This document shows positions 26,901-38,800 of a stretch of DNA of 64,000 bases, in pieces. The DNA is from Antedon mediterranea (taxonomy: Eukaryota; Animalia; Echinodermata). The notes under the pieces were generated by a model, which was not told where the DNA came from, searched no databases, and saw nothing but the letters and a program-made list of their open reading frames with translations. The DNA lies in the NCBI RefSeq assembly GCF_964355755.1, contig NC_092679.1:8524201-8588200 (forward strand), given 5' to 3'. How positions within the stretch are numbered: position 1 is the stretch's first letter; each line of letters begins with the position of its first letter. A program made the position numbers and the translations under genes.

Positions 26901-28650
26901 GCGAAAGAGAGATAGATAGATCAGCGAGAGAGAGATAGATCAGCGAGAGAGATAGATTAGCGAGAGAGAGATAGATAGATGAGCGAGAGAGAGAGATAGA
27001 TCAGCGAGAGAGAGATAGATCAGCGAGAGAGAGATAGATAGATCAGCGAGAGAGAGATAGATAGATCAGCGAGAGAGAGATAGATAGATCAGCGAGAGAG
27101 AGATAGATAGATCAGCGAGAAAGAGATAGATCAGCGAGAGAGAGATAGATCAGCGAGAGAGAGATAGATCAGCGAGAGAGAGAGAGAGAGAGATAAATAA
27201 GCGAGAGAGAGATAGATCAGCGAGAGAGAGATAGATCAGCGAGAGAGAGATAGATCAGCGAGAGGGAGAGATAGATCAGCGAGAGAGAGATAGATCAGCG
27301 AGAGAGAGAGATAGATCAGCGAGAGAGATAGATCAGCGAGAGAGAGATAGATCAGCGAGAGAGAGATAGATCAGCGAGAGAGAGAGATGGATCAGCGAGA
27401 GAGAGAGAGAGATAGATCAGCGAGATAGAGAAAGATCTGCGAGAGAGAGATAGATCAGCGAGAGAGAGATAGATCAGCGAGAGAGAGATAGATCAGCGAG
27501 AGAGAGATAGATCAGCGAGAGAGAGAGAGAGAGATAAATAAGCGAGAGAGAGATAGATCAGCGAGAGAGAGATAGATCAGCGAGAGAGAGATAGATCAGC
27601 GAGAGGGAGAGATAGATCAGCGAGAGAGAGATAGATCAGCGAGAGAGAGATAGATCAGCGAGAGAGAGATAGATCAGCGAGAGAGATAGATCAGCGAGAG
27701 AGAGATAGATCAGCGAGAGAGAGATAGATCAGCGAGAGAGAGAGATGGATCAGCGAGAGAGAGAGAGAGAGATAGATCAGCGAGATAGAGAAAGATCTGC
27801 GAGAGAGAAATAGATCAGCGAGAGAGAGATAGATCAGCGAGAGAGAGATAGATCAGCGAGAGAGAGATAGATCAGCGAGAGAGAGATAGATCAGCGAGAG
27901 AGAGAGAGAGAGAGAGATAGATCAGCGAGATAGAGAAAGATCAGCGAGAGAGAGATAGATCAGCGACAGAGAGATAGATCAGCGAGAGAGATATAGATCA
28001 GCGAGAGAGATATTGATCAGCGAAAGAGAGATAGGTCAACGAGAGATAGATAGATCAGCGAGAGAGAGATAGATCAGCGAGAGAGAGAGATAGATCAGCG
28101 AGAAAGAGATAGATCAGCGAGAGAGATAGATAGATCAGCGAGAGAGAGATAGATCAGCGAGAGAGAGAGAGATAGATCAGAGAGAGAGAGAGAGATAGAT
28201 CAGAGAGAGAGAGAGAGATAGATCAGCGAGAGAGAGATAGATCAGCGAGAGGGAGAGATAGATCAGCGAGAGAGATATAGATCAGCGAGAGAGAGATAGA
28301 TCAGCGAGAGAGAGATAGATCAGCGAGAGAGAGATAGATCAGCGAGAGAGAGATAGATCAGCGAGAGAGAGAGATAGATCAGCGAGAGAGAGATATATCA
28401 GCGAGAGAGAGAAAGATCAGCGAGAGAGAGAGAGATAGATCAGCGACAGAGAGATAGATCAGCGAGAGAGAGATAGATCAGCGAGAGAGAGAGAGATCAG
28501 CGAGAGAGAGAGATAGATCAGCGAGAGAGAGATAGATCAGCGAGAGAGAGAGATAGATAGATCAGCGAGAGAGAGATAGATAGATCAGCGAGAGAGAGAT
28601 AGATCAGCTAAAGAGAGATAGATAGATCAGCGAGAGAGAGAGATAGATCA
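18800..28650 (+). repeat. ~6.4 kb-period duplication containing a nested 341-bp tandem duplication; a ~1.85 kb duplication lies between the copies
   Basis: 6.4 kb markers: TAGTTCAGC (~20236/~26574) and TATTGATCAGCGAAAG (~21586/~28011). The 341-bp duplication appears in both copies: ATAAATAAGC at 20809+21150 and 27193+27534. 1.85 kb markers: CAGCTAAAG (~22217/~24056) and GATCGATC (~22418/~24257). Confidence 0.8.
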
Positions 28651-29099
28651 GCGAGAGAGATAGATTAGCGAGAGAGAAATAGATAGATGAGCGAGAGAGA
28701 GATAGATCAGCGAGAGAGAGATAGATCAGCGAGAGAGAGATAGATAGATCAGCGAGAGAGAGATAGATAGATCAGCGAGAGAGAGATAGATAGATCAGCG
28801 AGAGAGAGATAGATAGATCAGCGAGAGAGAGATAGATCAGCGAGAGAGAGATAGATCAGCGAGAAAGAGATAGATCAGCGAGAGAGATAGATAGATCAGC
28901 GAGAGAGAGATAGATCAGCGAGAGAGAGAGAGAGAGATAGATCAGAGAGAGAGAGAGAGAGAGAGATAGATCAGCGAAAGAGAGAGAGATAGATCAGCGA
29001 CAGAGAGATAGATCAGCGAGAGAGAGATAGATCAGCAAGAGGGAGAGATAGATCAGCGAGAGAGAGATAGATCAGCGAGAGAGAGATAGATCAGCGAGA

Positions 29100-29870
29100 G
29101 AGAGAGAGATCAGCGAGAGAGAGATCAGCAAGAGAGAGAGAGAGACCAGCGAGAAAAAGTGAGATAAGCGAGAGAGAGATCAGCAGTGAGAGAGAGAGCG
29201 ATCAGCGAGAGAGAGATCAGTGAGAGAGAGATCAGCCACAGAGAGAACAGCGAGAGAGAGATCAGCTAGAGAGAGAGAGAGATAAGTGAGAGGAAAAGAG
29301 AGATCAGCGTTGAGAGAGCACACTCACCTCATATTGCGAATTTTGGACAAAAAGTGTTTTGAGAGCGCTTTTGATTTAAACATTAGCGCGAGCCTATCTT
29401 ACCGCTGAGAATTGTATTGAGAAACCCGAAGGGAGCCTTGAGAGAGATCAGCGAGAGAGAGATCAACGAGAGAGAGAGATCGGCGAGATAGAGATCAGCG
29501 ATAGAGAGATCAGTGAGAGAGACTGAGGGCAACAAGAAAGAGACAGAGAGCAGCAAGAGGGACAGAGAGCAACGAGAGAGAGAGACAAATAGCAGCGATA
29601 GAGAGACAGATATCAGTGAGAAAGATACAGAGAGCAGCGAGAGAGCGAGAAAAAGATCAGCGAGAGATAGATCAGCGAGAGAGAAAGAGGTCAGCGAGAA
29701 AGAGTGAGATCAGCGAGAGAGAGATCAGCGAAAGAGAGATCAGCAGGAGAGAGATCAGCGAGAGAGACAGATAGCAGCGATAGAGAGACAGATAGCAGAG
29801 AGAGAGAGAGAGAGAGAGATCAGTGAGAGATAGATCAGCGAGAGAGAGATATTAGTGAGAGAGAGATCAG
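29100..29870 (+). repeat. Interrupting cassette copy 1: degenerate monomers, 121-bp unique core (29319-29439), degenerate monomers
   Basis: Core is CACACTCACCTCATATTGCGAATTTTGGACAAAAAGTG...AAACCCGAAGGGAGCCTT. It is bracketed by diagnostic degenerate strings ACCAGCGAGAAAAAGTGAGATAAG (29145) and ATATTAGTGAG (29848). The same cassette recurs at ~41.4 kb and ~59.5 kb. Confidence 0.95.
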
Positions 29871-32800
29871 CGAGAGAGAGATAGATCAGCAAGAGAGAGA
29901 TAGATCAGCGAGAGAGAGATAGATCAGCGAGAGAGAGATAGATCAGCGAGAGAGAGATAGATCAGCGAGAGAGAGATAGATAGATCAGCGAGCGAGAGAG
30001 AGATAGATCAGCGAGAGAGATAGATCAGCGAGAAAGAGATAGATAGATGAGCGAGAGAGAGATAGATCAGCGAGAGAGAGATAGATCAGCGAGAGAGAGA
30101 TAGATCAGCGAGAGAGAGATAGATAGATCAGCGAGAGAGATAGATAGATCAGCGAGAAAGAGATTGATAGATCAGCGAGAGAGAGATAGATCAGCGAGAG
30201 AGATAGATCAGCGAGAGAGATAGATAGATCAGCGAGAGAGAGATAGATCAGCGAGAGAGAGAGAGAGAGAGATAGATAAGCGAGAGAGAGAGAGATAGAT
30301 CAGCGAGAGAGAGATAGATCAGCGAGAGAGAGATAGATCAGCGAGAGGGAGAGATAGATCAGCGAGAGGGAGAGATAGATCAGCGAGAGAGAGATAGATC
30401 AGCGAGAGAGAGATAGATCAGCGAGAGAGAGATAGATCAGCGAAAGAGAGATAGATAGATCAGCGAGAGAGAGAGAGATATAGATCAGCGAGAGAGAGAG
30501 ATAGATCAGCGAGAGGGAGAGATAGATCAGCGAGAGAGATTTAGATCAGCGAGAGAGAGATAGATCAGCGAGAGAGAAATAGATCAGCGAGAGAGATATA
30601 GATCAGCGAGAGAGATAAATCAGCGAGAGAGAGATAGATAAGCGAGAGAAAGAAAGATCAGCGAGAGAGAGATAGATCAGCGAGAGAGAGATAGATCAGC
30701 GAGAGAGATAGATCAACGAGAGAGAGAGATAGATCAGCGAGAGAGAGAGAGATAGATCAGCGAGAGAGAGATAGATCAGCGAGCTAGAGATATATAAGCG
30801 AGAGAGAGATAGATTAGCGAGAGAGAGATAGATCAGCGAGAGAGAGATAGATCAGCGAGAGAGAGAGAGATCAGCGAGAGAGAGAGATAGATCAGCGAGA
30901 GAGAGATAGATCAGCGAGAGAGAGAGATAGATCAGCGAGAGAGAGAGAGAGAGATAGATCAGCGAGAGAGGGAGAGAGATAGATCAGCGAGAGAGAGTGA
31001 GAGAGATAGATCAGCGAGAGAGAGTGAGAGAGATAGATCAGCGAGAGAGAGAGATAGATCAGCGAGAGAGAGATAGATCAGCGAGAAAGAGATAGATCAG
31101 CGAGAGATAGATCAGCGAGAAAGAGATAGATCAGCGAGAGAGATAGATAGATCAGCGAGAGAGATAGATCAGCGAGAGAGAGATAGATCAGCGAGAGAGA
31201 GAGAGATAGATCAGCGAGAGAGAGATAGATCAGCGAGAGAGAGATAGATCAGCGAGAGGGAGAGATAGATCAGCGAGAGAGATATAGATCAGCGAGAGAG
31301 AGATAGATCAGCGAGAGAGAGATAGATCAGCGAGAGAGAGATAGATCAGCGAGAGAAAGAGATAGATCAGCGAGAGAGAGAGATAGATCAGCGAGAGAGA
31401 GAAAGATCAGCGAGAGAGAGATAGATCAGCGACAGAGAGATAGATCAGCGAGAGAGAGAGATAGATCAGCGAGAGAGAGAGAGAGGTCAGCGAGAGAAAG
31501 AGAGATAGATCAGCGAGAGAGAGATAGATCAGCGAGAGAGAGATAGATAGATAAGCGAGAGAGAGATAGATAGATCAGCGAGAGAGAGATAGATCAGCGA
31601 AAGAGAGATAGATAGATCAGCGAGAGAGAGATAAATCAGCGAGAGAGATAGATTAGCGAGAGAGAGAGAGATAGATAAGCGAGAGAGAGAAAGATCAGCG
31701 AGAGAGAGATAGATCAGCGAGAGAGAGATAGATCAGCGAGAGAGATAGATCAGCGAGAGAGAGAAATAGATCAGCGAGAGAGAGAGAGATAGATCAGCGA
31801 GAGAGAGATAGATCAGCGAGAGAGAGATAGATAAGCGAGAGAGAGATAGATTTGCGAGAGAGATAGATCAGCGAGAGAGAGATAGATCAGCGAGAGAGAG
31901 AGATCAGCGAGAAAGAGAGATAGATCAGCGAGACAGAGATAGATCAGTGAGAGAGAGATAGATCAGCGAGAGAGAGATAGATCAGCGAGAGAGAGATAGA
32001 TCAGCGAGAGAGAGAGAGAGAGATCAGCGAGAGAGAGAGAGAGATAGATCAGCGAGAGAGAGATAGATCAGCGAGAGAGAGTGAGAGAGATAGATCAGCG
32101 AGAGAGAGATAGATCAGCGAGAGAGAGATTGATAGATCAGCGAGAGAGAGATAGATAGATCAGCGAGAGAGAGATAGATCAGCGAGAGAGAGATAGATAG
32201 ATCAGCGAGAGAGAGATAGGTCAGCGAGAGAGAGATAGATCAGCGAGAGAGATAGATAGATCAGCGAGAGAGAGATAGATCAGCGAGAGATAGATAGATC
32301 AGCGAGAGAGAGAGATAGATCAGCGAGAGCGAGATAGATTAGCGAGAGAGAGATAGATCAGCGAGAGAGAGATAGATCAGCGAGAGAGAGAGAGAGATAG
32401 ATCAGCGAGAAAGAGATAGATCACCGAGAGAGATAGATAGATCAGCCAGAGAGAGATAGATCAGCGAGAGAGAGAGAGAGATAGATCAGCGAAAGAGAGA
32501 GAGAGATAGATCAGCGAGAGAGAGATAGATCAGCGAGAGAGAGATAGATCAGCGAGAGGGAGAGATAGATCAGCGAGAGAGAGATAGATCAGCGAGAGAG
32601 AGATAGATCAGCGAGAGAGAGATAGATCAGCGAGAGAGAGATAGATAAGCGAGAGAGATAGATTAGCGAGAGAGATAGATCAGCGAGAGAGAGATAGATC
32701 AGCGAGAGAGAGAGAGATCAGCGAGAAAGAGAGATAGATCAGCGAGACAGAGATAGATCAGTGAGAGAGAGATAGATCAGCGAGAGAGAGATAGATCAGC

Positions 32801-35800
32801 GAGAGAGAGATAGATCAGCGAGAAAGAGAGAGAGAGATCAGCGAGAGAGAGAGAGAGATAGATCAGCGAGAGAGAGATAGATCAGCGAGAGAGAGTGAGA
32901 GAGATAGATCAGCGAGAGAGAGATAGATCAGCTTGAGAGAGATTGATAGATCAGCGAGAGAGAGATAGATAGATCAGCGAGAGAGAGATAGATCAGCGAG
33001 AGAGAGATAGATAGATCAGCGAGAGAGAGATAGGTCAGCGAGAGAGAGATAGATCAGCGAGAGAGATAGATAGATCAGCGAGAGAGAGATAGATCAGCGA
33101 GAGAGAGAGAGAGAGATAGATCAGCGAGAGAGAGAGATAGATAAGCGAGAGAGAGATAGATCAGCGAGAGAGAGATAGATCAGCGAGAGGGAGAGATAGA
33201 TCAGCGAGAGAGAGATAGATCAGCGAAAGAGATAGACCAGCGAGAGAGAGATAGATCAGCGAGAGAGATAGATCAGCGAGAGAGAGAGATAGATCAGCGA
33301 GAGAGAGAGAGATAGATCAGCGAGAGAGAGAAAGATCAGCGAGAGAGAGATAGGTCAGCGACAGAGAGATAGATCAGCGAGAGAGAGAGATAGATCAGCG
33401 AGAGAGATATAGATCAGCGAGAGAGAGATAGATCAGCGAGAGAGAGAGATAGATCAGCTAGAGAGAGAAAGATCAGCGAGAGAGAGATAGATCAGTGAGA
33501 GAGAGATAGATCAGCGAGAGAGAGATAGATTAGCGAGAGAGAGATAGATCAGCGAGAGAGAGAGAGATAGATCAGAGAGAGAGAGAGAGAGATAGATCAG
33601 CGAGAGAGAGATAGATCAGCGAGAGAGAGATAGATTAGCAAGAGAGAGATAGATCAGCGAGAGAGAGATAGATCAGCGAGAGAGAGAGATCAGCGAGAGA
33701 GAGATAGATCAGCGAGAGAGAGATAGATCTGCGAGAGAGAGATAGATCAGCGAGAGAGAGATAGATAGATCAGCGAGAGAGATAGATCAGCGAGAGAGAT
33801 ATAGATCAGCGAGAGAGAGATAGATCAGCGAGAGATAGATAGATCAGCGAGAGAGAGAGATAGATCAGCGAGAGCGAGATAGATTAGCGAGAGAGAGATA
33901 GATCAGCGAGAGAGAGATAGATCAGCGAGAGAGAGAGATAGATCAGCGAGAAAGAGATAGATCACTGAGAGAGATAGATAGATCAGCAAGAGAGAGATAG
34001 ATCAGCGAGAGAGAGATAGATCAGCGAAAGAGAGAGAGAGATAGATCAGCGAGAGAGAGATAGATCAGCGAGAGAGAGATAGATCAGCGAGAGGGAGAGA
34101 TAGATCAGCGAGAGAGAGATAGATCAGCGAGAGAGAGATAGATCAGCGAGAGAGAGATAGATCAGCGAGAGAGATAGATCAGCGAGAGAGAGATAGATCA
34201 GCGAGAGAGAGAGATAGATCAGCGAGAAAGAGAAAGATCAGCGAGAGAGAGATAGGTCAGCGACAGAGAGATAGATCAGCGAGAGAGAGATAGATCAGCG
34301 AGAGAGATATAGATCAGCGAGAGAGAGATAGATCAGCGAGAGAGAGATAGATCAGCGAGAGAGAGATAGATCAGCGAGAGAGAGAAAGATCAGCGAGAGA
34401 GAGATAGATCAGTGAGAGAGAGATAGATCAGTGAGAGAGAGATAGATTAGCGAGAGAGAGATAGATCAGCGAGAGAGAAAGAGATAGATCAGAGAGAGAG
34501 AGATAGATCAGCGAGAGAGAGATAGATCAGCGAGAGAGAGATAGATTAGCAAGAGAGAGATAGATCAGCGAGAGAGATAGATCAGCGAGAGAGAGAGAGA
34601 GAGAAAGAGAGAGATCAGCGAGAGAGAGATAGATCATCGAGAGAGAGATAGATCAGCGAGAAAGAGATAGATAGATCAGCGAGAGAGAGATAGATCAGCG
34701 AGAGAGATATAGATCAGCGAGAGAGAGATAGATCAGCGAGAGAAAGATAGATCAGCGAGAGAGAGAGAGATAGATCAGCAAGATAGAGATAGATCAGCGA
34801 GAGAGAGAGATAGATCAGCGAGAGCAAGATAGATTAGCGAGAGAGAGATAGATCAGCGAGAGAGAGATAGATAGATCAGCGAGAGAGAGAGATAGATCAG
34901 CGAGAAAGAGATAGATCAGCGAGAGAGATAGATAGATCAGCGAGAGAGAGATAGATCAGTGAGAGAGAGAGAGAGAGATAGATCAGCGAGAGAGAGAGAG
35001 AGAGAGAGATAGATCAGAGAAAGAGAGAGAGATAGATCAGCGAGAGAGAGATAGATCAGCGAGAGAGAGATAGATCAGCAAGAGGGAGAGATAGATCAGC
35101 GAGAGAGAGATAGATCAGCAAGAGAGAGATAGATCAGCGAGAGAGAGAGAGAGAGATCAGCGAGAGAGAGAGAGATAGATCAGCGAGAGAGAGAGATAGA
35201 TCAGCAAGAGAGAGATAGTTAGATCAGCGAGAGAGAGATAGATAGATCAGCGAGAGAGAGATAGATCAGCTAAAAAGAGATAGATAGATCAGCGAGAGAG
35301 AGATAGATCAGCGAGAGAGATAGATTAGCGAGAGAGAGATAGATAGATGAGCGAGAGAGAGAGATAGATCAGCGAGAGAGAGATAGATCAGCGAGAGAGA
35401 GATAGATCATCGAGAGAGAGATAGATAGATCAGCGAGAGAGAGATAGATAGATCAGCGAGAGAGAGATAGATCGATCAGCGAGAGAGAGATAGATAGATC
35501 AGCGAGAGAGAGATAGATCAGCGAGAGAGAGAGAGATAGATCAGCGAGAAAGAGATAGATCAGCGAGAGAGATAGATAGATCAGCGAGAGAGAGATAGAT
35601 CAGCGAGAGAGAGAGAGAGAGAGATAGATCAGCGAGAGAGAGAGAGAGAGAGAGATAGATCAGCGAAAGAGAGAGAGAGATAGATCAGCGAGAGAGAGAT
35701 AGATCAGCGAGAGAGAGATAGATCAGCGAGAGGGAGAGATAGATCAGCGAGAGAGAGATAGATCAGCGAGAGAGAGAGATAGATCAGCGAGAGAGAGATA

Positions 35801-38800
35801 GATCAGCGAGAGAGAGAGATAGATCAGCGAGAGAGAGATAGATCAGCGAGAGAGATAGATCAGCGAGAGAGAGATAGATAGATCAGCGAGAGAGAGAGAT
35901 AGATCAGCGAGAGAGAGAAAGATCAGCGAGAGAGAGATAGGTCAGCGACAGAGAGATAGATCAGCGAGAGAGAGATAGATCAGCGAGAGAGATATAGATC
36001 AGCGAGAGAGAGATAGATCAGCGAGAGAGAGATAGATCAGCGAGAGAGAGAAAGATCAGCGAGAGAGAGATAGATCAGTGAGAGAGAGATAGATCAGCGA
36101 GAGAGAGATAGATTAGCGAGAGAGAGATAGATCAGCGAGAGAGAGAGATAGATCAGAGAGAGAGAGATAGATCAGCGAGAGAGAGATAGATCAGCGAGAT
36201 AGTGATAGATTAGCAAGAGAGAGATAGATCAGCGAGAGAGATAGATCAGCGAGAGAGAGAGAGATCAGCGAGAGAGAGATAGATCAGCGAGAGAGAGATA
36301 GATCAGCGAGAGAGAGATATATCAGCGAGAGAGAGATAGATAGATCAGCGAGAAAGAGATAGATCAGCGAGAGAGATATAGATCAGCGAGAGAGAGATAG
36401 ATCAGTGAGAGATAGATAGATCAGCGAGAGAGAGAGAGATAGATCAGCAAGAGAGAGATAGATCAGCGAGAGAGATAGATTAGCGAGAGAGAGATAGATA
36501 GATGAGCGAGAGAGAGATAGATCAGCGAGAGAGAGATAGATCAGCGAGAGAGAGATAGATCAGCGAGCGAGAGATAGATAGATCAGCGAGAGAGAGATAG
36601 ATAGATCAGCGAGAGAGAGATAGATAGATCAGCGAGAGAGAGATAGATAGATCAGCGAGAGAGAGATAGATCAGCGAGAGAGAGAGATAGATCAGCGAGA
36701 AAGAGATAGATCAGCGAGAGAGATAGATAGATCAGCGAGAGAGAGATAGATCAGCGAGAGAGAGAGAGAGAGATAGATCAGCGAGAGAGAGAGAGAGAGA
36801 GATAGATCAGCGAAAGAGAGAGAGAGATAGATCAGCGAGAGAGAGATAGATCAGCGAGAGAGAGATAGATCAGCGAGAGGGAGAGATAGATCAGCGAGAG
36901 AGAGATAGATCAGCGAGAGAGAGATAGATCAGCGAGAGAGAGATAGATCAGCGAGAGAGATAGATCAGCGAGAGAGAGATAGATAGATCAGCGAGAGAGA
37001 GAGATAGATCAGCGAGAGAGAGAAAGATCAGCGAGAGAGAGATAGGTTAGCGACAGAGAGATAGATCAGCGAGAGAGAGATAGATCAGCGAGAGAGATAT
37101 AGATCAGCGAGAGAGAGATAGATCAGCGAGAGAGAGATAGATCAGCGAGAGAGAGAAAGATCAGCGAGAGATAGATAGATCAGTGAGAGAGAGATAGGTC
37201 AGCGAGAGAGAGATAGATTAGCGAGAGAGATAGATAAGCGAGAGAGAGAGAGATAGATCAGAGAGAGAGAGATAGATCAGCGAGAGAGAGATAGATCAGC
37301 GAGAGAGTGATAGATTAGCAAGAGAGAGATAGATCAGCGAGAGAGATAGATCAGCGAGAGAGAGAGAGATCAGCGAGAGAGAGAGATAGATCAGCGAGAG
37401 AGAGATAGATCAGCGAGAGAGAGATAGATCAGCGAGAGAGAGATAGATAGATCAGCGAGAGAGAGATAGATCAGCGAGAGAGATATAGATCAGCGAGAGA
37501 GAGATAGATCAGCGAGAGATAGATAGATCAGCGAGAGAGAGAGAGAGATAGATCAGCAAGAGAGAGATAGATCAGCGAGAGAGAGATAGATCAGCGAGAG
37601 CGAGATAGATTAGCGAGAGAGAGATAGATCAGCGAGAGAGAGATAGATCAGCGAGAGAGAGAGAGATAGATCAGCGAGAAAGAGATAGATCAGCGAGAGA
37701 GATAGATACATCAGCGAGAGAGAGATAGATCAGCGACAGAGAGAGAGATAGATCAGCGAGAGAGAGAGAGATAGATCAGCGAGAGAGAGATAGATCAGCG
37801 AGAGAGAGATAGATCAGCGAGAGGGAGAGATAGTTCAGCGAGAGAGATATAGATCAGCGAGAGAGAGATAGATCAGCGAGAGAGAGATAGATCAGCGAGA
37901 GAGAGATAGATCAGCGAGAGAGAGAGATAGATCAGCGAGAGAGAGAGATAGATCAGCGAGAGAGAGAAAGATCAGCGAGAGAGAGATAGATCAGCGACAG
38001 AGAGATAGATCAGCGAGAGAGAGATAGATCAGCGAGAGAGAGAGAGGTCAGCGAGAGAGAGAGATAGATCAGCGAGAGAGAGATAGATCAGCGAGAGAGA
38101 GATAGATAGATCAGCGAGAGAGAGATAGATAGATCAGCGAGAGAGAGATAGATCAGCGAAAGAGAGATAGATAGATCAGCGAGAGAGAGATAGATCAGCG
38201 AGAGAGATAGATTAGCGAGAGAGAGAGATAGATAGATGAGCGAGAGAGAGAGATAGATCAGCGAGAGAGAGATAGATCAGCAAGAGAGAGATAGATAGAT
38301 CAGCGAGAGAGAGATAGATAGATCAGCGAGAGAGAGATAGATAGATCAGCGAGAGAGAGATAGATAGATCAGCGAGAGAGAGATAGATCAGCGAGAGAGA
38401 GATAGATCAGCGAGAGAGAGAGAGATAGATCAGCGAGAGAGACAGAGAGAGATAGATAAGCGAGAGAGAGATAGATCAGCGAGAGAGAGATAGATCAGCG
38501 AGAGAGAGATAGATCAGCGAGAGGGAGAGATAGATCAGCGAGAGAGAGATAGATCAGCGAGAGAGAGATAGATCAGCGAGAGAGATAGATCAGCGAGAGA
38601 GAGATAGATCAGCGAGAGAGAGATAGATCAGCGAGAGAGAGAGATGGATCAGCGAGAGAGAGAGAGATAGATCAGCGAGATAGAGAAAGATCTGCGAGAG
38701 AGAGATAGATCAGCGAGAGAGAGATAGATCAGCGAGAGAGAGATAGATCAGCGAGAGAGAGATAGATCAGCGAGAGAGAGATAGATCAGCGAGAGAGAGA

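Noticed and set aside
29513-29707. 64-aa R/E/S-rich ORF, identical at 41797-41991 and 59893-60087
   Set aside because: It starts at GTG and has the composition expected from translating GA repeats. It stays open only because degenerate monomers lack the TAG stop, and its identity across copies reflects DNA duplication.
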